The notes: a model not told the origin generated them from the sequence alone. Positions 23,552 through 34,138 are shown, counted from the first letter of the stretch. The stretch is DNA of 64,000 nucleotides from Alphaproteobacteria bacterium (GCA_030429725.1 JAUIEX010000002.1:5229-69228), one strand, 5' to 3'. Translations and numbers: made by a program.

Positions 23552-23917
23552 GTGGCCCGTATTGCCGGTGTAAACATTCCAACGAATAAGCGTATTGAAA
23601 TTGCGCTTACGTATATTTATGGCATTGGCCGCGTGAGCGCGCTGAATGTCTGCCAAAAGGCCGGCATTGAGCCGGGTCTTAGGGTTAATCAGCTTTCTGA
23701 TGATGATGTGATTAAAATTCGTGAAACGATTGACGCGGATTATTCTGTTGAAGGTGATCTGCGCCGCGAAGTATCAATGAATATTAAGCAGCTTATGGAT
23801 CTTGGCTCTTACCGTGGCCTTCGCCACCGTCGCCGCTTGCCGGTTCGTGGCCAGCGCACACATACCAATGCACGTACGCGCAAAGGTAAAGCCAAGCCAA
23901 TCGCTGGTAAGAAATAA
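23552..23917 (+). CDS. rpsM: 30S ribosomal protein S13
   Basis: GTG start, [26 protein letters not shown]... Confidence 0.96.
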   Translation: MARIAGVNIPTNKRIEIALTYIYGIGRVSALNVCQKAGIEPGLRVNQLSDDDVIKIRETIDADYSVEGDLRREVSMNIKQLMDLGSYRGLRHRRRLPVRGQRTHTNARTRKGKAKPIAGKK

Positions 23918-23950
23918 TTAGATTAAGTTAGTAAGACTGAGGAAATAGTT

Positions 23951-24334
23951 ATGGCTAAACCTGCCGCAAAGAAGAAAATTAAAAAAAGTGTCCCTAAGGG
24001 TGTTGTGCATATCAACTCCACCTTTAACAACACGATTGTGACTGTTACCGACACTTCCGGCAATGCCGTGACGTGGGCAACAGCAGGTGGCTCCGGCTTT
24101 AAGGGCTCACGCAAATCAACACCTTATGCCGCGCAGATTGCTTCAGAAACTGCCGCACAACGCGCCATGGATATGGGCATGCACACTGTGGATGTTAGCG
24201 TTAAAGGGCCAGGCTCAGGCCGCGAATCAGCACTGCGTGCATTACAAACTGTGGGCTTAAACGTTGGCTCAATCGTGGATGTTACCGGCATTCCGCATAA
24301 TGGTTGCCGCCCACGTAAGCGCCGCCGCGTATAA
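23951..24334 (+). CDS. rpsK: 30S ribosomal protein S11
   Basis: [22 protein letters not shown]..., 127 aa. Confidence 0.96.
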   Translation: MAKPAAKKKIKKSVPKGVVHINSTFNNTIVTVTDTSGNAVTWATAGGSGFKGSRKSTPYAAQIASETAAQRAMDMGMHTVDVSVKGPGSGRESALRALQTVGLNVGSIVDVTGIPHNGCRPRKRRRV

Positions 24335-24370
24335 TTTTTTACAAGATAACCGCTAGAAAAGGACAAAAGA

Positions 24371-25399
24371 ATGTCTTACCAACTCGTAGCAAATAACTGG
24401 CAAGAACTGATCAAGCCAACCAAATATGATGTTAAGGAAAAATCCTCCAATGCGACCGAAGTTGTCGTTGAACCTTTGGAGCGTGGCTTTGGTCTGACAT
24501 TAGGTAATGCGCTGCGTCGTGTTTTAATGTCTTCTTTGCAGGGCGCGGCTGTAACCTCACTGAAAATTGATAGTGTTCTGCACGAATTTTCAACCATTGA
24601 AGGTGTGCAGGAAGACGTTGTAAACGTGGTGATGAACATCAAAAATGTTGCTATTGCCATGCAGGCCGAAGGTCAAAAGCGTTTGACGCTGAAAGCCAAA
24701 GGCCCGTGCATTGTTACCGCCGGCATGATTGAAACTTCAGCTGATATTAAAATCATCAACCAGAACGCCGTTATTTGTACTCTGGATAAAGGTGCTGAAA
24801 TCAACATGGAACTGACGGTGCAAACCGGTAAAGGTTATGTTCCTGCGGATCAGCACAGTAATGAAAAAGGCGAAATCGGCATTATCCCGATTGACGCGAT
24901 CTACAGCCCGGTTCGTAAAGTAAGCTACAAAGTGGATCAAACACGTGTTGGTCAGCGTACGGACTATGACAAACTGACACTTTCCGTTGAAACAGATGGT
25001 TCCATTAAGCCCGAAGATGCCGTGGCCTTTGCCGCTCGCATCCTTCAGGATCAACTGCGTGCCTTCATTAACTTCGATGATATTGAAGTGGCTGAAGTTG
25101 AGAAGAAAGAAGATGGCCCAGCCTTCAACCGCAACCTGTTGAAGAAAGTTGATGAGCTTGAACTTTCCGTGCGCTCAGCAAACTGCCTGAAAAATGATAA
25201 CATTGTTTACATTGGTGATCTGGTGCAAAAGCCGGAATCTGAAATGCTTAAAACACCGAATTTTGGTCGTAAGTCACTCAATGAAATCAAAGAAGTTCTG
25301 GGCAATATGGGACTTAGCTTTGGCATGGATATTGAAGGCTGGCCGCCTGAAAATATTGAAGAATTAGCTAAGAAATTTGAAGACCCATACAGCATGTAA
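24371..25399 (+). CDS. rpoA: DNA-directed RNA polymerase subunit alpha
   Basis: 342 aa, with an N-terminal dimerisation domain and a C-terminal domain ([21 protein letters not shown]). Confidence 0.96.
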   Translation: MSYQLVANNWQELIKPTKYDVKEKSSNATEVVVEPLERGFGLTLGNALRRVLMSSLQGAAVTSLKIDSVLHEFSTIEGVQEDVVNVVMNIKNVAIAMQAEGQKRLTLKAKGPCIVTAGMIETSADIKIINQNAVICTLDKGAEINMELTVQTGKGYVPADQHSNEKGEIGIIPIDAIYSPVRKVSYKVDQTRVGQRTDYDKLTLSVETDGSIKPEDAVAFAARILQDQLRAFINFDDIEVAEVEKKEDGPAFNRNLLKKVDELELSVRSANCLKNDNIVYIGDLVQKPESEMLKTPNFGRKSLNEIKEVLGNMGLSFGMDIEGWPPENIEELAKKFEDPYSM

Positions 25400-25428
25400 T
25401 TGCCTTAAGGGTGTGATAGGAGAAGATT

Positions 25429-25866
25429 ATGCGACATCGTATGAAAGGACGTAAATTTAACCGGACAAGTGCCCACCGCGCGGCGCTGCTGCGCAACCTT
25501 GCAGCCAGTTTGATTACGCATGAACAGATCACCACAACATTGCCGAAGGCGAAAGACCTTCGCCCTGTTGTTGAAAAGCTTGTAACACTTGGCAAACGTG
25601 GTGACCTGCACGCACGTCGTCAGGCGCTGGCCTATCTCTATAATGATACTGAAACGGTGAATAAATTATTTGATGCATTAGCCAAGCGCTATGAGTCCCG
25701 CAATGGTGGCTATCTGCGCATCATCAAAGCCGGTTTCCGCTTCGGTGACTCCGCTCCGAAAGCCGTTATTGAATTTGTTGATCGTGATATCACCGCCAAA
25801 GGTACTGAAGACCGTGCACGTCATGAAGCTTTGAAGGAACTGGAAGGCGAGCTGCAAGCCGCTTAA
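25429..25866 (+). CDS. rplQ: 50S ribosomal protein L17
   Basis: [25 protein letters not shown]..., 145 aa. Confidence 0.96.
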   Translation: MRHRMKGRKFNRTSAHRAALLRNLAASLITHEQITTTLPKAKDLRPVVEKLVTLGKRGDLHARRQALAYLYNDTETVNKLFDALAKRYESRNGGYLRIIKAGFRFGDSAPKAVIEFVDRDITAKGTEDRARHEALKELEGELQAA

Positions 25867-25882
25867 ACTACTTCGCTTAGAG

Positions 25883-25920
25883 TAAAAAAAAGCCCCTCAT
25901 TGACTGAGGGGCTTTTTTTA
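25883..25920 (+). terminator. Rho-independent (bidirectional) terminator after rplQ
   Basis: A-run, then stem AGCCCCTCA (25891..25899), loop TTGAC, stem TGAGGGGCT (25905..25913), then a run of six T. Confidence 0.85.
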
Positions 25921-25943
25921 TGCCTTCTTCGTATCCTATGCTG

Positions 25944-25972
25944 GAAAAAGCGGCGGCCGCCGGCCGGCGGCC
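25944..25972 (-). terminator. GC-rich palindrome plus T-run downstream of maeB (probable terminator)
   Basis: Perfect 18-nt palindrome GGCCGCCGGCCGGCGGCC (25955..25972). On the minus strand it is followed by GCCGCTTTTTCC. Confidence 0.45.
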
Positions 25973-26009
25973 ACACCCCCAAGTTCTAACCATTTAGTTT
26001 ACCGCAAAC

Positions 26010-28268
26010 TTAGCCGGCACTTGCCAGATCCGCTGCCGCCATCGCTGTCATTGCAATGATCTCCGATACGGATGAATTCATCGGAACAATCTGCGCCGGT
26101 TTATCCAGCCCCAGAAGAATTGGCCCCACTAACGAGCCATTCCCAAGCTCACTGAGTAATTTTGATGAAATATTAGCCGTGTGCAACCCTGGCATCACCA
26201 GAACATTCGCCGGCCCTGAAAGACGGCAGAATGGGTATAAGTCCATCATAGAGTCATTCAGCGCCACATCGGCCATAATCTCGCCTTCATACTCAAAATC
26301 CACATCCATCTTATCTAAGATAGCAATGGCATCCCGAATACGCTTCGATTTATCGTAAAGTGGATTCCCGAAATTTGAGAAGGATAGCATCGCCACGCGC
26401 GGAGTTTGCCCCATAGCACGCGCCGCTGCTGCCGATTGCACGGCAATATTGGCCAGCTCTTCAGGCTCCGGCAGAAGATGAATGGATGTATCCGCCAGAA
26501 ATACCGTCCCCCGGCTTCGCGTGATATACATGCTTAGGCCGAACAAACGATGCTCATCGCGTGGCGGAATAATGCTCATCACACTTTTAAGCGACTGATT
26601 ATAGCTTCGCGTTAAACCCGTGACCAAAGTATCGGCATCCCCCGCTGCCAGCATGCTGGCGGCAAAGATATTCCGATCATTCTTAACCAAACGCACACAG
26701 TCGCGATGCAAATAGCCTTTACGCTGCAACTTTTGATACATGGCTTCAATATACGCTTCATTTTTGTCAGTCTTGGCAGCATTGATCACTTCAATATTCT
26801 CAAGATTCTGCACACCAAGCTTGTTAAACACTTCTTCAATTGGTTTTTCACGGCCAACCAACACAGCTTGACCAAACCCGCTATCACGCCATTCAATGGC
26901 AGCGCGAATGGCGGTTTCTTCCTCACCCTCAGCGAACACAACCTTCTTCGGCTCATCTCGTAACTGACGGTAAATCAGGTTCAGCGTATTAATACTTGGA
27001 TTCAGTCGCGCCTTAAGCTCTGTCTCATAGGCCGAAAAATCTTCGATTGGCTTTTTCGCCACGCCACTATCCATTGCCGCTTTGGCCACGGCAACCGGCA
27101 CGGTATGAATTAAACGCGGATCAAACGGGGTTGGAATAATATATTCCCGACCAAACTCAAGACGCTTACCATACACTGTCGCAACTTCTTCAGGGATAGG
27201 CTTACGTGCCAATTCTGCCAGCGCCCGCGCCGCAGCCACTTTCATTTCTTCGTTAATTGTTGTGGCATGCACATCCAGCGCACCACGGAAAATATACGGA
27301 AAACCAAGTACATTATTCACCTGATTCGGATAATCCGAACGCCCGGTTGCCATAATGGCGTCGTCCCGCACTTCCCGCACTTCTTCCGGACGAATCTCCG
27401 GATCAGGGTTGGCCATTGCGAACACAATCGGGTTCTTAGCCATACTTCCCACCATTTCCTTCGTCACGGCACCGCGCCCGGCCAGCCCATAAAATGCATC
27501 CGCCCCTCTCATGGCATCTTCCAGCGTACGATCCTTAGTCTCAATCGCATGGGCTTCCTTCCACTGATTCATGCCATCGGTGCGCCCTTTATAAATTACA
27601 CCCTGACGATCCACCAGCAGCGCATGCTTCACACCCAATGATTTTACCAGTTCAAGACAGGCAATCCCCGCCGACCCGGCACCAAGCACCACAAGCTTCA
27701 TATCTTCCAGTTTACGCTTGGTCAGATGCGCGGCATTAATAAGCGCCGCCGCCGTAACAATCGCCGTTCCATGCTGATCGTCATGAAAAACCGGAATATC
27801 CATCTTTTCTTTCAACTGACTTTCAATAATGAAACAATCCGGCGCTTTAATATCTTCCAGATTAATGCCGCCCCAGCTTGGACCAAGATATTTAATGGCG
27901 TTAACAAACTCCTCCGGATCTTCGGTATCCACCTCAATATCAATCGCATCAATATCTGCAAAACGCTTAAACAGAACCCCTTTACCCTCCATCACCGGCT
28001 TGGAAGCCAGCGCGCCAAGATTTCCCAAACCCAACACTGCCGTGCCATTGGAGACCACCGCCACAAAATTTCCTCGTGCCGTATAATCATATGCTTTTTC
28101 AGGATTTTTCTCAATTTCAAGGCATGGCGCTGCCACACCCGGGGAATATGCCAATGCCAGATCACCCTGCGTTAAAAGTGGCTTTGTTGCGGCAACCTGA
28201 ATTTTTCCGGGCTTTCCCTGTTTATGATATTCTAGGGCTTCATCATTGGTGTATGTATTGTCTGACAT
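26010..28268 (-). CDS. maeB: NADP-dependent malic enzyme (malic enzyme domain fused to a phosphotransacetylase-like domain)
   Basis: 752 aa. The N-terminal half is malic-enzyme-like (ALEYHKQGKPGKIQV..., VVLGAGSAGIAC Rossmann motif). The C-terminal ~330 aa are PTA-like, the MaeB architecture. Confidence 0.9.
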   Translation of the reverse strand: MSDNTYTNDEALEYHKQGKPGKIQVAATKPLLTQGDLALAYSPGVAAPCLEIEKNPEKAYDYTARGNFVAVVSNGTAVLGLGNLGALASKPVMEGKGVLFKRFADIDAIDIEVDTEDPEEFVNAIKYLGPSWGGINLEDIKAPDCFIIESQLKEKMDIPVFHDDQHGTAIVTAAALINAAHLTKRKLEDMKLVVLGAGSAGIACLELVKSLGVKHALLVDRQGVIYKGRTDGMNQWKEAHAIETKDRTLEDAMRGADAFYGLAGRGAVTKEMVGSMAKNPIVFAMANPDPEIRPEEVREVRDDAIMATGRSDYPNQVNNVLGFPYIFRGALDVHATTINEEMKVAAARALAELARKPIPEEVATVYGKRLEFGREYIIPTPFDPRLIHTVPVAVAKAAMDSGVAKKPIEDFSAYETELKARLNPSINTLNLIYRQLRDEPKKVVFAEGEEETAIRAAIEWRDSGFGQAVLVGREKPIEEVFNKLGVQNLENIEVINAAKTDKNEAYIEAMYQKLQRKGYLHRDCVRLVKNDRNIFAASMLAAGDADTLVTGLTRSYNQSLKSVMSIIPPRDEHRLFGLSMYITRSRGTVFLADTSIHLLPEPEELANIAVQSAAAARAMGQTPRVAMLSFSNFGNPLYDKSKRIRDAIAILDKMDVDFEYEGEIMADVALNDSMMDLYPFCRLSGPANVLVMPGLHTANISSKLLSELGNGSLVGPILLGLDKPAQIVPMNSSVSEIIAMTAMAAADLASAG

Positions 28269-28390
28269 GCTTTGCTATCCTTACTGCCGCGCGGGTTATA
28301 TCATGTTGAAAGATGGCGCAATGTATCAATGCGGATTGAAACTGTAAAGCAGCAGTTGAGACACAAGGGTAAACAGGATAAAAGCAAACC

Positions 28391-31078
28391 ATGTCTGCCT
28401 CTGCCGCTCGCTCAAACACGGAACCCGCTAACGATCTTGCGGCAAATCCATCGGGTATCCCTGCGGAGGCCACCCCAATGATGCAGCAATATCTAACCAT
28501 CAAGGCAAATTACCCGGATTGCCTCCTTTTCTACCGTATGGGAGATTTTTATGAGCTGTTCTTTGGCGATGCAAAAAATGCCGCCGCTGCGCTGGATATT
28601 GCCCTCACACGCCGGGGGCAACATCAGGGAGAGGATATTCCCATGTGCGGTGTGCCATGGCATAGCCATGAAAATTACCTGCATAAACTGATCCGTGCTG
28701 GCTTTCATGTTGCCATTTGCGAGCAAATGGAAGACCCGGCTGAAGCGAAAAAACGTGGTGCTAAATCCGTTGTTAAGCGGGATGTTGTCAGAATTGCAAC
28801 CCCTGGAACATTGCTGGAAGAAGGGTTGCTGCAGGGAACCAAGTCCAATTTTCTGGCAGCGCTCAGCAATATTAAGAAACAGGCCGCCATCGCGTGGCTG
28901 GATATGTCAACCGGGGAGTTTTACACGGAAGTTATGCCGCTTGAACAGGCTGAAAGCACGCTGGCGCGCATTCAACCCACTGAATTGCTTATTCCGGAGA
29001 GCCTATGGCAAAACCAGCTGCTGAATCAGAGCTTAAAGGCAGAAGGCCGCACCATCAGCGCACAGGCGGAGGCTTGCTTCAGCGTTTCTCGCGCTAAACA
29101 ACGCCTCAAAAAAGTGCTCGGCACGGATGAATTGGATGTTTTTGGAGATTTTAGTGATGCGGAGCTTTCCAGTTGCGGCGCTTTGGTTGCCTATCTTGAA
29201 ATAACGCAGAAGGGCTTTTTGCCCCGCCTTGAACCGCCAAAAAAGCAGGCCAATCATGCCATTATGTTGATGGATGCATCCTCCCGGCAAAGCCTGGAGC
29301 TTTTCGCCAACCAGCAAGGGCAGCGCAAAGGCAGCCTGTTGAATGTCATTGATCGCACAAAAACCGCGCATGGTGGCCGCCTCATTCAGCAATGGCTGGC
29401 CGCCCCCCTGATGGATATCACACCTATCAAGGCACGGCAGCAGGCCGTTGCCTTCTTTTTGAGTCATCATCTGGTGCATGAGAAAATTAATACCCAGCTT
29501 GAACACGCACCTGATATGCAGCGGGCAGTTGCTCGCCTTTGCATGCGGCGTGGCGGGCCACGGGATCTGGCCATGGTGCGCGATAGCTTAGTGGTGGCGC
29601 TGAACCTTTCTGAGTGCCTGACCTTTGCTGCAAATGAAGTGCCTCCGGCGCTTCTTGAGCGGCATTTGAAGCATCTCGGCGGCATGGATAGCCTGCGTGA
29701 AATGCTGATATCAGCATTGATTGACCAGCCGCCCATTCTAACACGGGATGGCGGCTTCATCCGCGATGGCTACCACGCCACGCTGGATCATCTGCGCAAC
29801 CTTCATTTTGAGAGTGGCAAAATTAAGCAGGGCTTGGTGGAGCAATACCGTCAGGAAACCGGCATTCAAAGCCTAAAGATTAAAACAAACAATGTCTTAG
29901 GCATGTTTATTGAGGTGTCGCCTCAACATAGCAAAAACATCCCTGAGCATTTTACACACCGGCAAACACTGGCCAATGCAGTGCGCTTTACCACCGAAGA
30001 ACTCCGCACGCTGGAGCAGGAAATGATTACCGCCAGCAGCCAGTCCATGGCATTAGAGCAGGAATTATTTGAAGATTTATGCCGTGAGGTTGAAAATTAT
30101 GCTGCGGAGCTTAATCGCGTGGCGCAGGCTATTGCGACAATAGATGTTCTTGCAAATTTTGCGGCCATCGCCGTCGCCAACCATTACACCTGCCCTCATC
30201 TCACGGATGCCGCGCTGTTGAGTTTGAAAAACTCACGCCATCCGGTGGTGGAATCCCTTAATCATGAAGGTTTTATTCCCAATGATTGTGCGCTGGAAGA
30301 CGATCAGCTCTTATGGCTGATGACAGGCCCTAACATGGCCGGAAAAAGCACCTTCCTGCGACAAGTTGCCCTGATCACCATCATGGCGCAGATTGGCTCC
30401 TTCGTTCCTGCCGAATCTGCCACTATCGGGTTAACTGACCGTATTTTCAGCCGCGTTGGCGCATCCGATAATCTGGCACGCGGGCATTCCACCTTCATGG
30501 TTGAAATGCTGGAAACTGCCGCAATTCTTCATCAGGCAACCAAACAATCGCTTGTTATTCTGGACGAAATTGGGCGTGGAACCGCTACCTATGATGGGCT
30601 GTCTATTGCGTGGGCAGTGCTGGAATATTTGCATAACAATATTCAGTGTCGCGGGCTGTTTGCCACCCATTACCATGAACTAACCCAGCTGGCCGCGCAG
30701 CTTTCTCACGCCGCTTCCTACACAATTTCCGTCAAAGAATGGCAAGGGGATGTGGTGTTTGAACATCGCGTTATACCGGGTGCTGCCGCCCATTCCTATG
30801 GCATACAGGTTGCCAAACTGGCCGGCCTGCCACGCGCCGTAACGGCACGCGCCACCGATATCCTCTTTCAATTGGAAACCTCCGGCTGCGCATCGTTAGG
30901 AAATCAGCTTTCACTTTTCTCCTCACCGATCGAAGAAACCCCCACTCAGCTTCCTGCAGAGCAGGTTAGTCTTAACCCTCTTGCGGGTGAGATTTTAGCT
31001 TTTCTGGAAAGCGTTAATCCGGACGAAATGACCCCGAAAGAGGCGCTGGATGCATTATACCGCCTAAAGTCAATTTAA
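28391..31078 (+). CDS. mutS: DNA mismatch repair protein MutS
   Basis: 895 aa with [31 protein letters not shown] (mismatch-binding domain) and Walker [15 protein letters not shown]. Confidence 0.96.
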   Translation: MSASAARSNTEPANDLAANPSGIPAEATPMMQQYLTIKANYPDCLLFYRMGDFYELFFGDAKNAAAALDIALTRRGQHQGEDIPMCGVPWHSHENYLHKLIRAGFHVAICEQMEDPAEAKKRGAKSVVKRDVVRIATPGTLLEEGLLQGTKSNFLAALSNIKKQAAIAWLDMSTGEFYTEVMPLEQAESTLARIQPTELLIPESLWQNQLLNQSLKAEGRTISAQAEACFSVSRAKQRLKKVLGTDELDVFGDFSDAELSSCGALVAYLEITQKGFLPRLEPPKKQANHAIMLMDASSRQSLELFANQQGQRKGSLLNVIDRTKTAHGGRLIQQWLAAPLMDITPIKARQQAVAFFLSHHLVHEKINTQLEHAPDMQRAVARLCMRRGGPRDLAMVRDSLVVALNLSECLTFAANEVPPALLERHLKHLGGMDSLREMLISALIDQPPILTRDGGFIRDGYHATLDHLRNLHFESGKIKQGLVEQYRQETGIQSLKIKTNNVLGMFIEVSPQHSKNIPEHFTHRQTLANAVRFTTEELRTLEQEMITASSQSMALEQELFEDLCREVENYAAELNRVAQAIATIDVLANFAAIAVANHYTCPHLTDAALLSLKNSRHPVVESLNHEGFIPNDCALEDDQLLWLMTGPNMAGKSTFLRQVALITIMAQIGSFVPAESATIGLTDRIFSRVGASDNLARGHSTFMVEMLETAAILHQATKQSLVILDEIGRGTATYDGLSIAWAVLEYLHNNIQCRGLFATHYHELTQLAAQLSHAASYTISVKEWQGDVVFEHRVIPGAAAHSYGIQVAKLAGLPRAVTARATDILFQLETSGCASLGNQLSLFSSPIEETPTQLPAEQVSLNPLAGEILAFLESVNPDEMTPKEALDALYRLKSI

Positions 31079-31094
31079 CCTGCCGCTTTGATGC

Positions 31095-31123
31095 TTGACT
31101 GAGCGAACAATTATCGCTATAAG
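31095..31123 (+). promoter_or_regulatory. Sigma70-like promoter upstream of rpsT
   Basis: TTGACT (31095..31100), a 17-nt spacer, then TATAAG (31118..31123), 27 nt before the rpsT ATG. Confidence 0.45.
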
Positions 31124-31149
31124 GCGCTTCCAATCGATAAGGAAGAACT

Positions 31150-31416
31150 ATGGCTCATCATAAGGCTACACAGAAATCAATTCGTAAAAATGTAAAGCGT
31201 ACGGAGCTTAACCGCGCCCGTAAAACACGCTATCGCAACGCGATTAAGCAAACGCTTCAGGCAGTTGAATCCGGCAGTAAAGATGAGGCAAACCAAGCTC
31301 TTAAATCAGTACAATCTGCACTTGGTCGCGCTCAAGCCCGTGATATTATAAAGAAAAATACGGCTTCTCGTATCCTGAGCCGCCTGAATGCACGGATTAA
31401 ATCCCTCGCCGCTTAA
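31150..31416 (+). CDS. rpsT: 30S ribosomal protein S20
   Basis: MAHHKATQKSIRKNVKRTELNRARKTRYRN..., 88 aa. Confidence 0.95.
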   Translation: MAHHKATQKSIRKNVKRTELNRARKTRYRNAIKQTLQAVESGSKDEANQALKSVQSALGRAQARDIIKKNTASRILSRLNARIKSLAA

Positions 31417-31474
31417 GTAACAGGCAACGCCGGGCATTCTCTCTTTGCGGGGAATGTTTTCTTCAGCTTGCAGG

Positions 31475-32119
31475 CTATCTTTTAATCGCTTTAATTTCTG
31501 TCGTGAATTGCTGCGCTTTCTTATAATCTTCAAGTGCCTTTCTGGATTCACGCGTGCGGATACTTTCAAGCGCCCGGTGCGCACTGTTTTTAACCCAGTC
31601 ATCGTCATCCAACAACAGCCCTGCCAATTGAGGGACAAGCTCAGAGGCGGGTTTTCCAATCCTTCCCAAGGCATTCGCGGTTACTGCCCTGATTTCCGCA
31701 TCGTCATGGTTAATATAGCGCTTTAATGTTGGCAATGCATACACACCAAGACGCCGCATCCGCCCCAGCGCATATATGATATGGATTTCCATTTCTCGCT
31801 CACCTTCTTCCTCACGCAATAATTCTATCAGACGATGAATACCTTCCTTGCCCATATCTTCCAGCCCGTTGATCGCCTTCTCAAACATAACATTATTCGC
31901 TGAGCCAATATTATTGAGGTACATCTGCATGCGGAATTCACGCCGCTGCTCATCGGTAAAACCTTTCTGGGTTGGTGCTTCGGCCGCACGCTTGGCGGCT
32001 TCACTTTGCGGCTTTTCCTCGTCCTCTTCTTCTCCACCATGGGTGGAAGCCAGCACCGTATTCACAGGAGCGAAGGCAAAAAGCCCAACCACTAACAATA
32101 GTCTTATCCATTTTATCAC
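31475..32119 (-). CDS. Secreted HEAT-repeat protein
   Basis: Signal-peptide-like N-terminus (MIKWIRLLLVVGLFAFAPVNTVLAS), an acidic linker, then HEAT/PBS-lyase-type repeats (DAEIRAVTANALGRIG..., DDDWVKNSAHRALESI). The GTG start overlaps the stop of the upstream small ORF (GTGA). Confidence 0.6.
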   Translation of the reverse strand: MIKWIRLLLVVGLFAFAPVNTVLASTHGGEEEDEEKPQSEAAKRAAEAPTQKGFTDEQRREFRMQMYLNNIGSANNVMFEKAINGLEDMGKEGIHRLIELLREEEGEREMEIHIIYALGRMRRLGVYALPTLKRYINHDDAEIRAVTANALGRIGKPASELVPQLAGLLLDDDDWVKNSAHRALESIRTRESRKALEDYKKAQQFTTEIKAIKR

Positions 32120-32349
32120 TTCACCATCCTCCGAATTACCTCCCAGGCTAAGTATAGCATGGTGGGGATCAATGTCGCAATTAAAGCAGCTTTCACCCGC
32201 GTGGTCATAAACTCACTTCCCTGCCGAAGTTTGCGTAAATAGAACAGATCCTGCTGCATCTGCCGTGGCTCATCGGTATCAAAGCCCAGCCCAGACAGTG
32301 TTTCGTGAACAGTTTCATGGATGATCTTTTTCATTTCCTGCTGATTCAT
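32116..32349 (-). CDS. Small protein with a C-terminal transmembrane helix (phage-type, holin-like topology)
   Basis: A strong RBS (GGAGG) lies 4 nt (cgta) before ATG 32349, an internal start of ORF 32116..32412. The 77-aa product has a hydrophilic N-terminus and one C-terminal TM (VKAALIATLIPTMLYLAWEVI). The upstream part of the track ORF is built from a hairpin repeat. Confidence 0.5.
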   Translation of the reverse strand: MNQQEMKKIIHETVHETLSGLGFDTDEPRQMQQDLFYLRKLRQGSEFMTTRVKAALIATLIPTMLYLAWEVIRRMVK

Positions 32350-32457
32350 TACGCCTCCATAGTTTGCAGTCAGCGGTATGCAGTAAGCGGTGCGCCGTTT
32401 TTTATTCGTCATTGCGAGGAGCCATCAAGCGACGAAGCAATCTCCCGCCTCTTGAAG

Positions 32458-32478
32458 ACTGCTAACTGCTCACTAACT
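32458..32478. repeat. Degenerate 7-nt periodic array directly after the fibre-gene stop
   Basis: ACTGCTA ACTGCTC ACTAACT on the + strand, abutting the stop at 32480..32482. Confidence 0.5.
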
Positions 32479-32479
32479 C

Positions 32480-33373
32480 CTAACTTGGCTGCACCATCAA
32501 CCATGCCACGGTGGAAGCATCCGCCCCGTTGGTGGAGGTGATGGTGAAGGATGTGCCCACCGAACGCGCGGAAATATAAGGCACCCCCACCGTACCCGAG
32601 GGGCTTTGAATGGTCAGATAAATCCGGCTATCCGCCGCTACGGAAGCATTATTCACCACCGCCGTGCCGGAGGAGAGTGTGGCTGTGCCCATATGGGTGT
32701 TGGTATCTTCCTTCACCTTCAGCGCTCCGTCAACATTCACATCCTGCTTAAAATCCACATTACCCGTATCTTTATCCAGCACGAAAGATTGATAAAACGC
32801 GCTGCCATCGGGTGAAACTTTGAAAGAGAAATTATCTTCTCCAATCAGGCCAAATTCCGCTCTGCCGGAAAAATTATTCTGAAATACAAAACTGGCCGTA
32901 TCCGCCGTATCATCCTTGTTCAGCTTCACCTGCACATCATCCCCGTTATGGCTGAACAGAACGGCCGCACTGGCCACGCTCAGCTTGTTTGTGGCATCCG
33001 CCGTGGTGTTGATGCCCACCAGCGCGGCATTCTGAATGTTCTTCGCGGCAAACACCCATGCAGCCCCATCAAAGGCATAGAGCGCATCCTCATCCTTCAC
33101 CCACACGGCCAGCCCCTCATTGGGCTCTACAAACCGCCATATCTGCTCAAAATAGGCCAGCTGGCCTTCCTTCCCTGCCCAATCATCCGTCGCCGAAGCG
33201 CCCACAATATAAGCATCCCCTTCAGCCGGGCTGCCCGGCGGTGTGGCTAAATCCTTATCCTCCACCCCGCGATTCATCAGTGCGTCAATGCGCGTCAGCG
33301 CTTCATTCACCGTCACTTCCTTCTGCGCCTGGCTTTGCGCCACCAGGGCTAAATTCAAATTGGTTGTTGGCAT
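32480..33373 (-). CDS. DUF2793-like phage tail-fibre protein (GTA-associated)
   Basis: AGGAG RBS, then MPTTNLNLALVAQSQAQKEVTVNEALTRIDAL... (conserved N-terminal fibre-attachment-like region), then a Gly/Ser/Thr-rich beta-type C-terminus. ATG 33373 is internal to ORF 32480..33424. Confidence 0.65.
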   Translation of the reverse strand: MPTTNLNLALVAQSQAQKEVTVNEALTRIDALMNRGVEDKDLATPPGSPAEGDAYIVGASATDDWAGKEGQLAYFEQIWRFVEPNEGLAVWVKDEDALYAFDGAAWVFAAKNIQNAALVGINTTADATNKLSVASAAVLFSHNGDDVQVKLNKDDTADTASFVFQNNFSGRAEFGLIGEDNFSFKVSPDGSAFYQSFVLDKDTGNVDFKQDVNVDGALKVKEDTNTHMGTATLSSGTAVVNNASVAADSRIYLTIQSPSGTVGVPYISARSVGTSFTITSTNGADASTVAWLMVQPS

Positions 33374-33384
33374 GGTTTTCTCCT
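33347..33384. repeat. 38-bp direct repeat, copy 1 (RBS plus codons 1-9 of the fibre gene)
   Basis: GGCTAAATTCAAATTGGTTGTTGGCATGGTTTTCTCCT is identical to 34071..34108. Confidence 0.95.
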
Positions 33385-33426
33385 TATGGTGTTTAATACT
33401 TGGTCGTCTTGTGATAAAATCCACTC

Positions 33427-33714
33427 ATGGAACTGCATGATCTTCACTCCCACCGGGATGCAATCCTTCAGCTGGCGGAACGCTACCATGCTGGAAACGT
33501 GCGCGTTTTTGGCTCCGTTGCACGGGCGGAAGCGAGAGATGGAAGCGATATTGACCTACTGGTTCACTTCCTTCCTGGCGCTTCTCTGATGGATGAATCC
33601 GGTTTACAGCTGGCATTGGAAGACATGCTGAAAAAACCCGTAGATGTGTTAGCAGATGATGCCATTCGTCCGGAATTCAAAGCACGCATCCTCAGTGAAT
33701 CCATTCCACTTTGA
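33427..33714 (+). CDS. mntA: Minimal nucleotidyltransferase antitoxin (MntA-type)
   Basis: 95 aa with VRVFGSVARAEARDGSDIDLLV (a GS...D.D nucleotidyltransferase motif). The stop overlaps the next gene's start (TGATG). Confidence 0.8.
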   Translation: MELHDLHSHRDAILQLAERYHAGNVRVFGSVARAEARDGSDIDLLVHFLPGASLMDESGLQLALEDMLKKPVDVLADDAIRPEFKARILSESIPL

Positions 33715-34046
33715 TGGAGAAGATCAACCCGAATTTCTTGCGCCTGAAAGACATGCTGCAAGCGATTGATGATGCCACTTCTGCCCACACACGCGGGCTG
33801 GATGACCGCCACCTGCTGATGGCAGCCTCCTACGCCATCGCCATCATCGGTGAGGGAGCAGGCAAACTTTCCACCGATTTTACCGCACAGCACTCCGCCA
33901 TTCCATGGCGGCAGATTATCGGCATGCGCCACCGCATCATCCACGATTATGGTAATGTAAGCCGCGCCCGCCTGGAAGAGGCAATTATCAGAGATTTACC
34001 CATTTTGAAGCAAGAGATTGAAGAGATTCTCGCATCTGATTTCTAA
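33711..34046 (+). CDS. hepT: HEPN/DUF86 toxin (HepT-type RNase)
   Basis: 111 aa with the R-x4-H motif in MRHRIIHDYGNV. The likely ATG is at 33714. Paired with the upstream nucleotidyltransferase. Confidence 0.8.
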   Translation: MMEKINPNFLRLKDMLQAIDDATSAHTRGLDDRHLLMAASYAIAIIGEGAGKLSTDFTAQHSAIPWRQIIGMRHRIIHDYGNVSRARLEEAIIRDLPILKQEIEEILASDF

Positions 34047-34070
34047 CTGGTTTTTTAGCTCAGTGAAGCA

Positions 34071-34108
34071 GGCTAAATTCAAATTGGTTGTTGGCATGGT
34101 TTTCTCCT
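34071..34108. repeat. 38-bp direct repeat, copy 2 (orphan RBS plus ATG plus 9 fibre codons)
   Basis: Identical to 33347..33384. On the minus strand it opens a 33-codon ORF (33996..34097) antisense to the 3' end of hepT. Confidence 0.95.
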
Positions 34109-34138
34109 GTTTTGGTGATTAAAAAATTCGTCATTGCC

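Noticed and set aside
25955-25972. Isolated 18-nt all-GC perfect palindrome (GGCCGCCGGCCGGCGGCC), considered as a recombination site or attC-like element.
   Set aside because: It is a single copy, positioned directly after the maeB stop and followed by a T-run on that strand. A transcription terminator is the simplest reading.
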